Source of the DNA: an uncultured Chloroflexia bacterium
Lineage (GTDB): Bacteria > Chloroflexota > Limnocylindria > Limnocylindrales > CSP1-4
NCBI GenBank assembly: GCA_963813535.1
Contig: CAWEZH010000002.1
Span: forward strand, 1,504,001-1,568,000
DNA length: 64,000 bases
Reading direction: 5' to 3'
Both the position numbers and the translations under genes were made by a program. Of the stretch, positions 31,472 to 40,200 are shown in pieces. The notes beneath the pieces were generated by a model. It saw only the letters and a program-made list of their open reading frames with translations, ran no database searches and was not told where the DNA came from. Each line of letters begins with the position of its first letter. Positions within the stretch are counted from its first letter, which is position 1.

Positions 31472-33226
31472 TCAGCCGACGAGGAGCCGACGAAGCAGCG
31501 ACGTCGGCGGAGCGCCGTGACCGATCACGGCCTCGAGATGGTCGCGGTACCGGAAGGCCGGCGTGTCGCCGAGTCCACCGGGTAACGCCCGTGGCTGGAT
31601 CGCCGACGCGTCGGCGCCTGCGCCGCCTTCCGCCCGGCGCCGCGCATCGAGCTCGATATCCCACATCTCCATCGATCCGGCGAAATACGTCGAGAGCTGC
31701 GTCGACGACAGGCGCGCCCGTCGGAACTTGGCGCGTGCCTCGGCCTCTTCCTGGAAGCCACCGTCGACCATGAGCCGGACGGCCTCCTCCTCGGTCATCC
31801 CGTCGCAATGGATCCGCGCATCGATGATCGCGTTGGTGACGGAGCGCAGGTAGAACTTCCAATGGGTGAGCAACAGGGCGGGATCGTCCGCGCCGTAGCC
31901 GGCATCCATCATCACCTGCGTCACGTACACGGCCCAGCCCTCGGCGAACAGGCCGCTCTGGAAGATGCTCCGCGGCAGCGACGACGAGCGGTTGGCGTAG
32001 ACGCCCTGCAGGTAATGCCCGGGCACGGCCTCGTGGATGGTCAGGAGCCGAAGCATCCGGTCGTTGTCCTCGCGCAGGTAGGACTCACGCTGTTCGGGCG
32101 TCCAATCGTCCGGTACCGGGGTGATCGCGAAGAAGCTCGTCAGACCCTTGTCGAGCGGCCCCGGCGCGATCAGCATCGCCCCGCCGTAGGCGCGCAGGAA
32201 GACCGGCGTCCAGCGGATGTCGAGGGGTTCGTCGACGATCCCGATGAGGTCGCGCTCGGTGCAGAACGCCTCGATCCGGGCGTTCTCCTCGCGACAGAAC
32301 GCGATCAGGTCGGCGGCATCCTGGTGGCGGTCGGCGATGGCGTCGAGTACACCACGGACCAGCGCGCCGGGTTCGTCCGGTCGCGGGTCAGTGGGCTTCC
32401 AGGCCGACCACAGGTCGGTCGCGAGGCCGACCATCTCGGCCCGGATCGCATCGAACTCCCGGTCTGCCGCCTCGAGGATCCGCTCCGGCGTGAGCGACTC
32501 GGAGCGCATGGTGTGGCGCATCTTCCGTGCGAAGAGCTCACGGCCGAGCCGGCCGTCGCCCTCACTGGCGGGCTGGACGACGTCGGTCAAGTGCCGCTCG
32601 AAATCCGCGAGGGCCGTCCTGGCCGACGCAGCCGCCGCGTCCAACCGCGGTCGCATCGCCGCGACGTCGGCGTCGTCCGCCGCGGCTTCGGCAGTGGCGA
32701 GCGCCTCGTCGATGAGGTCGACCACCCCGGGCAGCTGTTCCAACGCGGTCTCCGTCTGGAATCGGCCGACCGGCCGACCGGGCCCGGCGCCGACGAGGGT
32801 CTCGCGCGCCGCACCCGTGATCGCCCCGATCGCCTCGAGTCGGGCCGCGACGCTCGTGAGCCGTTCGGCCAGCGGCGCGAACTCACGGGCCAGGAGCGTG
32901 AACAGGCCGTCACCCAGGAGGTAGACCCATGTCAACGGGTCCCAGGCATCATCCCGCAGCTCGGTCTCGGCGAACCGCATCGCGTCGAGCTCTTCCAGCA
33001 CGAGATCGCGGTCGACCGACTCATCGACCGACAGGCTGGTCGGGTCGAGGCCGCTGAACGTCGCTTGCCATGCGTCGATGAACACGAGCCGCTGTCGGCG
33101 ACCCTCCGCCGACAGGTCCGGCCAGCGCCCGTCGTTCCGGTGGTCGCCGATGGCCGTTGCCGCGACCGGCTCGAGCTCGACGAACGCCTCGAGGAAAGCG
33201 GAAAAGGCATCTGAGAAGGCGGACAT
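31472..33226 (-). CDS. DUF885 family protein (no signal peptide)
   Basis: IHEAVPGHYLQ, FAEGWAVY and QLSTYFAG motifs. Confidence 0.88.
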   Translation of the reverse strand: MSAFSDAFSAFLEAFVELEPVAATAIGDHRNDGRWPDLSAEGRRQRLVFIDAWQATFSGLDPTSLSVDESVDRDLVLEELDAMRFAETELRDDAWDPLTWVYLLGDGLFTLLAREFAPLAERLTSVAARLEAIGAITGAARETLVGAGPGRPVGRFQTETALEQLPGVVDLIDEALATAEAAADDADVAAMRPRLDAAAASARTALADFERHLTDVVQPASEGDGRLGRELFARKMRHTMRSESLTPERILEAADREFDAIRAEMVGLATDLWSAWKPTDPRPDEPGALVRGVLDAIADRHQDAADLIAFCREENARIEAFCTERDLIGIVDEPLDIRWTPVFLRAYGGAMLIAPGPLDKGLTSFFAITPVPDDWTPEQRESYLREDNDRMLRLLTIHEAVPGHYLQGVYANRSSSLPRSIFQSGLFAEGWAVYVTQVMMDAGYGADDPALLLTHWKFYLRSVTNAIIDARIHCDGMTEEEAVRLMVDGGFQEEAEARAKFRRARLSSTQLSTYFAGSMEMWDIELDARRRAEGGAGADASAIQPRALPGGLGDTPAFRYRDHLEAVIGHGAPPTSLLRRLLVG

Positions 33227-33283
33227 CAGGGAAGTCTAGGGTCTACCGGGCCGCGTGCGGGCGCGTCCCGCTACCATCCGCGC

Positions 33284-33877
33284 ATGGGCCAGACCTGGGT
33301 GACACCGGTCGTCCTGACCGGTCGGCGGATCCGCATGGAGCCGCTCGAGGAGCGCCACCTCGAGGATCTCGCCCGGGTCGCGTCCGATCCGGTGGTCTTC
33401 CGATGGATCACGAACAGACCGATGGACGACGCGGCCCTTCGGGCCTGGTTCGAGCAGACACGCGCGAACGCCGACGATTCGGTCGAGGTGCCGTTCGCGA
33501 CGATCGACATCGCCTCGGACCGGGCGATCGGCAGTAGCCGCTACATGACGATCGCGCCGGAGCATCGTCGGCTCGAGATCGGGTGGACATGGCTGGGCAC
33601 CGCGTTCCAGCGGACCGGCGCGAACCGGGAGGCCAAGCTCCTCCAGCTGACCCATGCCTTCGAGGGCCTCGGCGCCGAGCGCGTCGAGTTCAAGACCCAC
33701 GCCCGGAACGTCGCCTCGCGAACGGCGCTGCTCGGGATCGGCGCCACCTTCGAGGGGGTGCTGCGCCACCACACGATCATGCTCGACGGGTCGAACCGGG
33801 ACTCGGCCTTCTACGGCGTGCTCGCCCCGGAATGGCCACGGGTCAAGACCCGTCTCGAGAGCCTGGTGGACCGATGA
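33284..33877 (+). CDS. GNAT N-acetyltransferase, RimJ/RimL-like
   Basis: LEIGWTW, RTGANREAKLL, ERVEFKT and FEGVLRHH motifs. Confidence 0.9.
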   Translation: MGQTWVTPVVLTGRRIRMEPLEERHLEDLARVASDPVVFRWITNRPMDDAALRAWFEQTRANADDSVEVPFATIDIASDRAIGSSRYMTIAPEHRRLEIGWTWLGTAFQRTGANREAKLLQLTHAFEGLGAERVEFKTHARNVASRTALLGIGATFEGVLRHHTIMLDGSNRDSAFYGVLAPEWPRVKTRLESLVDR

Positions 33878-34920
33878 CCTCGGTCGATCCTGTCGCCGAG
33901 AGCACGACGGTCGCAAGCCAGCGCCCGATCAGGACCGTCGACTTCCACACCGCCGGCGAGCCGTTCCGGATCGTGACGGGCGGCGTCCCGGAACTCGAGG
34001 GGCGGAGCGTGATCGAGCGACGTCGATGGGCGCGGGACCACCTCGACGAGGTCCGTCGCCTGCTGGTCAACGAGCCGCGCGGGCACGCCGACATGTACGG
34101 CGCCTTCGTCACGCCGCCCGACGACGACTGGGCGGACATCGGCGTCGTGTTCTTCCACAACGAGGGCTACTCGACGGCGTGCGGCCACGGAACGATCGCA
34201 TTGGTCACGTGGGCCCTGGAATCCGGTCGCGTCGCGGCGGCGCCCGATGCCCGAACCGCCTCGGTCACGGTGGACGTACCGAGCGGCCGGCTGGTGTGCG
34301 AGGCCCGCCTCGACGAGGTCGGCGCCGTCGAGGCCGTGCGCTTCCGGAACGTGCCGTCGTTCGTACTCGCCCGGGACGTGACCGTCCGGGTGGCGCGTGG
34401 CCCCGTCACCCTCGACGTCGCGTTCGGCGGCGCCTTCTACGCCTCCATAGAGGCCGCCACATTGGGTCTCGGCCTCGTCCCCGCCGACCTGCCCCAGCTC
34501 ATCGCGCTCGAGCGCGAGCTCCGGCCAGCACTCGAACGTTCCCTGGATGTCGTGCATCCAGCAGAGGCCGACCTCGCCGGCATTTACGGGGTGATCTTCT
34601 GGGAGAGACTGGGCGCCGGGGAGCAGCGCAACGTGACGGTGTTCGCCGACGGTGAGGTCGATCGCTCACCGTGCGGTTCCGGTACGTCGGCGCGGCTGGC
34701 GGTCCTCCACGCGCGCGGCGAGCTGTCGATCGGCGAGCCGTTCCGCCATCGATCGATCGTGGATTCGGTGTTCGAAGCGTGGGTCGTCGACGAAGGACCG
34801 TCGATCGGCGGCCGCCCGTCGGTCATCACGGAGGTCGAAGGCTCCGCGTATCGGACCGGCGAATCGGTCTTCTCGCTCGACCCGCGTGACCCACTGGGCA
34901 CGGGGTTCCTGCTTCGCTGA
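33874..34920 (+). CDS. Proline racemase/hydroxyproline epimerase family protein
   Basis: DFHTAGEPFR, EPRGHADMYG, TACGHG and DRSPCGSGT (Cys/Cys pair). Confidence 0.92.
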   Translation: MTSVDPVAESTTVASQRPIRTVDFHTAGEPFRIVTGGVPELEGRSVIERRRWARDHLDEVRRLLVNEPRGHADMYGAFVTPPDDDWADIGVVFFHNEGYSTACGHGTIALVTWALESGRVAAAPDARTASVTVDVPSGRLVCEARLDEVGAVEAVRFRNVPSFVLARDVTVRVARGPVTLDVAFGGAFYASIEAATLGLGLVPADLPQLIALERELRPALERSLDVVHPAEADLAGIYGVIFWERLGAGEQRNVTVFADGEVDRSPCGSGTSARLAVLHARGELSIGEPFRHRSIVDSVFEAWVVDEGPSIGGRPSVITEVEGSAYRTGESVFSLDPRDPLGTGFLLR

Positions 34921-34965
34921 GCGGCTATCCTCGGGCTCACCACGCAACCTTGAGGGAGGGCCTGC

Positions 34966-35355
34966 ATGCGGGGATTCGTCGTCAGCACCGTCGTCACCGC
35001 GATCGCGTTCTACATCCTGGTCCAGCTCTTCCCGTCGATGTTCGGCTACGACGGTGGCCTGCTCGGCCTTGGCGTCGTCGCAGCGATCTTCGGGGTGGTC
35101 AACGGCCTGATCGGGCCGATCGTGAAGACCGCGGCGATCCCGGTGTCGTTCATGACGATGGGGCTGGTCGGGTTCGTGATCAACGGCGGGCTATTGCTGC
35201 TCACGGCGTTCATCTCGGACTACTTCGGGTTCGGACTGCAGGTCGGCGACTTCCCGCCGACGCTCTTCACGGCCGATACGATCGTCGCGGCGATCGTCGG
35301 AGCGGTCGTGCTCAGCCTCGCCTCGACCGTGATCCGGTTCGCGATCCCTGACTGA
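34966..35355 (+). CDS. 4-TM membrane protein, YvlD/'phage holin superfamily IV' family
   Basis: IFGVVNGLIGPIVK..P..FMTMGLVGFVING pattern. Confidence 0.82.
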   Translation: MRGFVVSTVVTAIAFYILVQLFPSMFGYDGGLLGLGVVAAIFGVVNGLIGPIVKTAAIPVSFMTMGLVGFVINGGLLLLTAFISDYFGFGLQVGDFPPTLFTADTIVAAIVGAVVLSLASTVIRFAIPD

Positions 35356-36604
35356 GCTCGCTAGCCAACTCCGGCACGCCGCCGCGCGGTACGGGACGCC
35401 CGCCTTCGTCACCGACCTCGCGACGCTCGACGCTGCGTGTGCGGAGGTCGCCGATGCGTTTCCCGACCCGATCATCCGGCAGTACTCGGTCAAGGCGAAT
35501 GATGTCCCGGCGGTGATCTCCGCTGTCGCGACGAACGGCTTCGGCGCCAACGTCGTGTCACGCGGAGAGTGGGCGCTCGCCTCCCGCGCCGGCGTCCCGA
35601 ACGAGCGCACGACGCTCGAGGGCGTCGGCAAGACCACGGCCGACCTGCGGGCCGCGGCCCGGGCAGCCGCCGATGGTCGGCCACTGCGCTGGATCGCGAT
35701 CGAATCGCCCGAGGAGGCGGACGCGCTCGCCGAGGAAGCCGCCAAGGCCGACGTGCGCATGGACGTCCTGTACCGGCTGAACCCGGACGTCGCCCCAGAG
35801 ACGCTCACCGGGCTGGCGGTCGGGGCCGGTGGCACGAAGTTCGGGATGACCGAGACCGAGATCGCGTCGGCCATCACGGCCGGTGGCGGCCCGGACGGCC
35901 GGTTGCGGCCGCGAGGGATCCATCTGCACGTCGGCTCGCAGCTCGGGGCGGTCGATGCCTGGCGTGACGCTGTCCGGAAGGCGCTCGCCCTGGCCGCCCT
36001 GTGGCGTGGTTCGATCGGGAGCTTCGACACGGTCGATCTCGGCGGCGGGTTCCCGGTCGGCCCGGCCGGTGAGCCGTCACCGAGCCCCGGGCGGTTCGCT
36101 CGCGAGCTCCAGCCGCTGCTCGACACGGTCCCGACGGATCGACGCCCGACGCGTCTCGCGATCGAGCCGGGCCGGGCCCTGGTGGCGCGCGCCGGGTGGC
36201 TCGTCGCGCGGGTGCTCCACGTCCGCGACCGGGCGGGCCGACAGGTGGTCCTCGACGCCGGCATGACCGAGCTGATCCGACCGGCGTTGTACGGCGCCCG
36301 CCATCCGATCCATGCACTGACGTCGCAGGGGCGACCAGTCGACGACCTCGGTGAACATCGACGACTCGACCTGTCCCCGGCCCGCGTCGAGGGACCGATC
36401 TGCGAATCGACCGACTCGCTCGGAACACACGACCTGCCGCCGCTGCGGCGTGGTGACCTGGTGGTCATCGCCGACGCTGGCGCCTACGCGGCGTCGCTCG
36501 CCTCGACGTACAACGGCCGCCCTCGTCCGCCCCAGCTCCTGCTCGGATCGGACGGGTCGCTGGTGGTCGGCCGCCGCCGCGGCTCGCTGGCCGGCCTGGG
36601 CTGA
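35348..36604 (+). CDS. lysA: Diaminopimelate decarboxylase-like PLP enzyme (probable CTG start)
   Basis: YGTP, YSVKAN (PLP Lys), HLHVGSQ, DLGGG, EPGR, GPICESTD and GAY motifs. The first two lie upstream of the ORF-track start at 35513. Confidence 0.8.
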   Translation: MTELASQLRHAAARYGTPAFVTDLATLDAACAEVADAFPDPIIRQYSVKANDVPAVISAVATNGFGANVVSRGEWALASRAGVPNERTTLEGVGKTTADLRAAARAAADGRPLRWIAIESPEEADALAEEAAKADVRMDVLYRLNPDVAPETLTGLAVGAGGTKFGMTETEIASAITAGGGPDGRLRPRGIHLHVGSQLGAVDAWRDAVRKALALAALWRGSIGSFDTVDLGGGFPVGPAGEPSPSPGRFARELQPLLDTVPTDRRPTRLAIEPGRALVARAGWLVARVLHVRDRAGRQVVLDAGMTELIRPALYGARHPIHALTSQGRPVDDLGEHRRLDLSPARVEGPICESTDSLGTHDLPPLRRGDLVVIADAGAYAASLASTYNGRPRPPQLLLGSDGSLVVGRRRGSLAGLG

Positions 36605-36625
36605 CACCCGGCTATGCTGCCGCCC

Positions 36626-38836
36626 ATGCGCCCTGTCCACCGTCGCGCGGCCGTCGTGTCGGCCGTGCTGTTCGCGCTCGGTCTCGCCCTGCCGTCCCTC
36701 GTCGCCGCGGCGGGTCCGCCATTCCCCGATCCGGTCGATGGCCAGGCCGTCTATGACACGGCCGAGCTGTTCGAGCCGGCGACGCGCGAGCAGGCCGAGC
36801 TGATCATCGACGCCATCGAGGCGCAGACCAAGGCTGAGGTGGTCGTCTACACGCAGGCGGTCGGGCGCGACGACATCACGACCGAAGAGGCCGAGTCCCA
36901 CGCCCGCGCCCTCATGGACCAGTGGGGCGTCGGTCGGGTCGGCATCGACGACGGGCTGGTCATCCTGTTCGACCTCGACACGACCGGGATCCACGGCGAG
37001 GTGCAGCTGTTCGCCGGTCCGGGCTTCTCACGCCACCTGTCGGACGACGAGCGTCAGGCCATCTACGAGGGCACGATGTTGCCGCTGCTCGCCGAGCAGC
37101 AGTTCGACCAGGCACTCCTGGCGGCCCTGGCGGAGATCGTGAACGGGACCTTCGACGGCGCCCCACCCGAGCCGTCGGGTGGACCGGCCGACACGCCCGG
37201 ACCACCCTTCCCCGATCCCGAGGTCGACCGCGCGGTCTACGACAACGCCGGGATCTTCTCGCCAGAGGCGATCGTCCGCGCGGAGTCGACCATCGACCAG
37301 ATCGAGGCGAGGACGGCCGCCGAAGTCGTCGTCTACACCCAGTCGGTCGACTACGGCGTCACGGAGGACGAGACCGAGGCGCGCGCCATCGCGTTGATCG
37401 ATCAATGGGGCATCGGACGGCGCGGGTTCGACGACGGGATGGTCGTGTTCTTCGATATCGACCCGTCCGGCGAGCACGGTCAGGTCCAGCTGTATGCCGC
37501 GCCAGGTTTCCGGGCGACATACCTCACCAACGAGCAACGGCAGCGCATCTTCGAGGACGACATGGTCCCGTTCCTGGAGAACGCGGACTTCGACGGCGCC
37601 CTCGACATCGCGATGCGACGGATCGACGAAGCCGCGACGCCGGAGCACGCCAGCCTGCTCCAGCTCGGGCGTCAGATCGACGCCGTCCTGGGCCTGCTCG
37701 TGGCACCGCTCGTCTTCCTGGGGCTGTCGGGCTGGGCGTTCTTCTCCTGGCGCCGCTTTGGCAAGGACCCGGTCTACCTGGACGATCCTTCGATCCTCAT
37801 GCCGGCGCCGCCGCCGGACCTCACAGCGGCATCGGGTGCGTTCGTGATGGACGGCCATTCATCGCGCCGGGCCTTGACGACGGCCATGCTCGACCTCGCG
37901 TCGCGCGGCCAGATCTCGTTCCGCGAGGACAAGGGCCTGCTCGGGCTGTCGAACAAGGTCGGCGTCGAGACGGACCCGGCCGCCGGCGATGCCGTGGAGG
38001 AGGCGCAGCGAGCGCGCAACGCCCGCCGGCCGATCGGACCTGCCGAGCAGTACGCCCTCGGCGAATTGCGGTCGATCGGGAAGTCCGAAGGCTTCATCGA
38101 GCCCGACGAGCTGCCGAAGTTCGGAACCTCGGTGTCGGACTTCGACTCGAAGCTCGAGAACCACGTCGTCAAGGGCGGCTGGATGGTCGAGAAGCCGAGC
38201 AAGGTCGTCGCCCGCTGGATGATGAAGGGGACGCTCGCGGTGGTCGTTGGGATCGTCGCGATCGTGATCGGCGCCAACGTCCCGATCTCCGGGTTGGTCG
38301 CCGTCGGCGCAGCCGCGATCGGCGGCGGTGTCGTGATCATGCTGTTCGCCCGGAGCATGCCCCGGGTGACGATGCCCGGCGCGATGGTCCGGGCGATGCT
38401 GGCCGCCTACCGTCGGACGCTGCAGAAGACGATGGAGCAGGCGCGTTCGATGCAGCAGGTGGTCGATCAGGCCGGGCTGGCCTGGCTCGAGACGCCGGAC
38501 CAGGCGGTCGTGTGGGGCACGGCCCTCGGATTGCAAGGGGACATCGAGGGGGTGCTCAAACGCTCGCTCGATGACGTCCGCGACGCACCGCAGCTCGCAT
38601 CGTCGACCTACTTCCCGACCTGGTATCGGACGTCCGACGGATCATCGTTCGCGAGCGGCGTCGCGGGCGGCGGCGGATCGATCTTCTCGGGCTCGGCCAT
38701 GCCCGACCTCGGGGGGATGATGTCGGCGCTGGGCACGATCGGGAACTCGCCCGCGTCGTCGGGCGGCAGCGGCGGAGGCGGCTTCAGCGGCGGCTCATCG
38801 GGCGGCGGCGGAGGCGGCGCCGGCGGCGGCTTCTAG
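36626..38836 (+). CDS. Membrane protein with two TPM domains and a DUF2207-like C-terminal region
   Basis: Signal peptide; duplicated GPPFPDP..VYD..AEVVVYTQ..WG(V/I)GR.G.DDG unit; TMs; Gly/Ser tail ending GGAGGGF. Confidence 0.82.
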   Translation: MRPVHRRAAVVSAVLFALGLALPSLVAAAGPPFPDPVDGQAVYDTAELFEPATREQAELIIDAIEAQTKAEVVVYTQAVGRDDITTEEAESHARALMDQWGVGRVGIDDGLVILFDLDTTGIHGEVQLFAGPGFSRHLSDDERQAIYEGTMLPLLAEQQFDQALLAALAEIVNGTFDGAPPEPSGGPADTPGPPFPDPEVDRAVYDNAGIFSPEAIVRAESTIDQIEARTAAEVVVYTQSVDYGVTEDETEARAIALIDQWGIGRRGFDDGMVVFFDIDPSGEHGQVQLYAAPGFRATYLTNEQRQRIFEDDMVPFLENADFDGALDIAMRRIDEAATPEHASLLQLGRQIDAVLGLLVAPLVFLGLSGWAFFSWRRFGKDPVYLDDPSILMPAPPPDLTAASGAFVMDGHSSRRALTTAMLDLASRGQISFREDKGLLGLSNKVGVETDPAAGDAVEEAQRARNARRPIGPAEQYALGELRSIGKSEGFIEPDELPKFGTSVSDFDSKLENHVVKGGWMVEKPSKVVARWMMKGTLAVVVGIVAIVIGANVPISGLVAVGAAAIGGGVVIMLFARSMPRVTMPGAMVRAMLAAYRRTLQKTMEQARSMQQVVDQAGLAWLETPDQAVVWGTALGLQGDIEGVLKRSLDDVRDAPQLASSTYFPTWYRTSDGSSFASGVAGGGGSIFSGSAMPDLGGMMSALGTIGNSPASSGGSGGGGFSGGSSGGGGGGAGGGF

Positions 38837-38880
38837 GTTCGCATCCCGGCACGGGCCCCGGCCGGCGGTCGGCAGCCTGC

Positions 38881-39120
38881 TCGGTCATGGGGTGACCGAA
38901 CGGACCGATGAGCCGCGGTCCGATGGCCTCCGCGAGCCGTTCGTTCGCCGGTTCGGTCATGGGGTGACCGAACGGACCGATGAGCCGCGGTCCGATGGCC
39001 TCCGCGAGCCGTTCGTTCGCCGGTTCGGTCATGGGGTGACCGAACGGACCGATGAGCCGCGGTCCGATGGCCTCCGCGAGCCGTTCGTTCGCCGGTTCGG
39101 TCATGGCGTGACCGAACGGA
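38881..39120. repeat. 72-bp tandem repeat, 3 full copies plus 24 bp, each with nested palindromes (REP/BIME-like)
   Basis: Units start at 38881, 38953, 39025 and 39097. Hairpins TCGGTCA-TGGGG-TGACCGA and CGGACC-N10-GGTCCG. Lies between convergent genes. Confidence 0.93.
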
Positions 39121-39126
39121 TAGCCG

Positions 39127-39795
39127 TCAGAGCCCGAACATCTCCCGGCAGGCCTCGAAGCCATCGATGACCACCTTCGGCCGGGGCCGCGAGCGCCAGG
39201 CCTCGGCCGTCATCCGGAAGCGCTGCGTCTCGCGTGACACGCCGCGCGGGGCCAGCACGCCGCGGCCGTCGTCCTCGTAGCCGAGCGACCGCGACACCGC
39301 GATCGACGCGCTGTTGTCGAAGAAGGCCGACGACGTCGCCGCGCGCGCCTCCAATGCGTCGAACGCGAAGGACAGGACGGCGGAGCGCATCTCCTTGCCG
39401 AAACCCTGGCCCTGGTGGGCCAGTCCGAGCCACGAACCGGTGTCGACGACGCGATGGACCGCGAAGTCCTCACCTGAGATCGTCTGCGCGCCGATCGGGC
39501 GGCCGTCCCGCTCGACCATGAGGTTGAGCCACCACTCATCGCGCCGCCAGATGCCGCGCCACCGCCAGTGGTGCTGGACGTAGCCGCGGTCGAAGTCCGC
39601 GCCCTTCGCATCGGTCCAGGCGACACCGAACGGCATCTCGTCGGGTGGGTGGATGCCGCCCTTCGCGAGCTCGAGCATCGCGGTCAGGTCGTCGTCGGTC
39701 GGCAGGCGTAGAACGAGGTTCTCTGAGCGGATCCGTAGCCCGAAGAGCGGCCACGCGGCCTCGAGCGGAGTCGCTGGCGGTCCGGCGGCGGCCAT
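39127..39795 (-). CDS. GNAT acyltransferase (Rv0802c-like)
   Basis: WPLFGLRI, GIHPPDEMPF, VDTGSWLG..QGQGFGKEMR and DNSASIAVSRSLGY. Confidence 0.85.
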   Translation of the reverse strand: MAAAGPPATPLEAAWPLFGLRIRSENLVLRLPTDDDLTAMLELAKGGIHPPDEMPFGVAWTDAKGADFDRGYVQHHWRWRGIWRRDEWWLNLMVERDGRPIGAQTISGEDFAVHRVVDTGSWLGLAHQGQGFGKEMRSAVLSFAFDALEARAATSSAFFDNSASIAVSRSLGYEDDGRGVLAPRGVSRETQRFRMTAEAWRSRPRPKVVIDGFEACREMFGL

Positions 39796-39820
39796 GGGCG
39801 GCCGACGCTACACTCCGGCC

Positions 39821-40150
39821 ATGGGTGCTGTCGAGACGATGGAAGATTTCTTCGAGAAGCTGAACGCGGGCGACCGTGAAGGCGCGGTGGCGCTGATGGA
39901 CGAGAAGACCGAGATGCGCGTTCACGTCGGCGACAACGTCCAGACGCTCCGCGGCGTCGAGCGTGTCGGTGGCTGGTTCCTGCGCAGCGACACCGGCCTG
40001 CGCATGATCCCTGGCGATATCCGGGATACGGGCAACACCTACGAAGCAGACCTGCTCGTCGTGCGTCCGGGCGCCCCGACCCAACACATCGACGCGACGT
40101 TCCGGGTCGAGGCTGGACGGATCACCGCGATCAACATCGCGCCCCGCTAG
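39821..40150 (+). CDS. Small SnoaL/NTF2-like protein
   Basis: FFEKLNAGDREGAVALM..LRG.E.V..W and FRVEAGRI pattern. Confidence 0.65.
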   Translation: MGAVETMEDFFEKLNAGDREGAVALMDEKTEMRVHVGDNVQTLRGVERVGGWFLRSDTGLRMIPGDIRDTGNTYEADLLVVRPGAPTQHIDATFRVEAGRITAINIAPR

Positions 40151-40200
40151 GCGCGCCCGACGACGCAGCCGCGGGGACGCCGCGTACCGCGCGCAAACGC

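Noticed and set aside
34966-35355. Prophage or lysis cassette suggested by the holin-family protein
   Set aside because: No endolysin or other phage genes nearby; this 4-TM family is commonly chromosomal.
38881-39120. CRISPR array
   Set aside because: The sequences between the palindromes are identical rather than unique spacers, and no cas genes are in the window.
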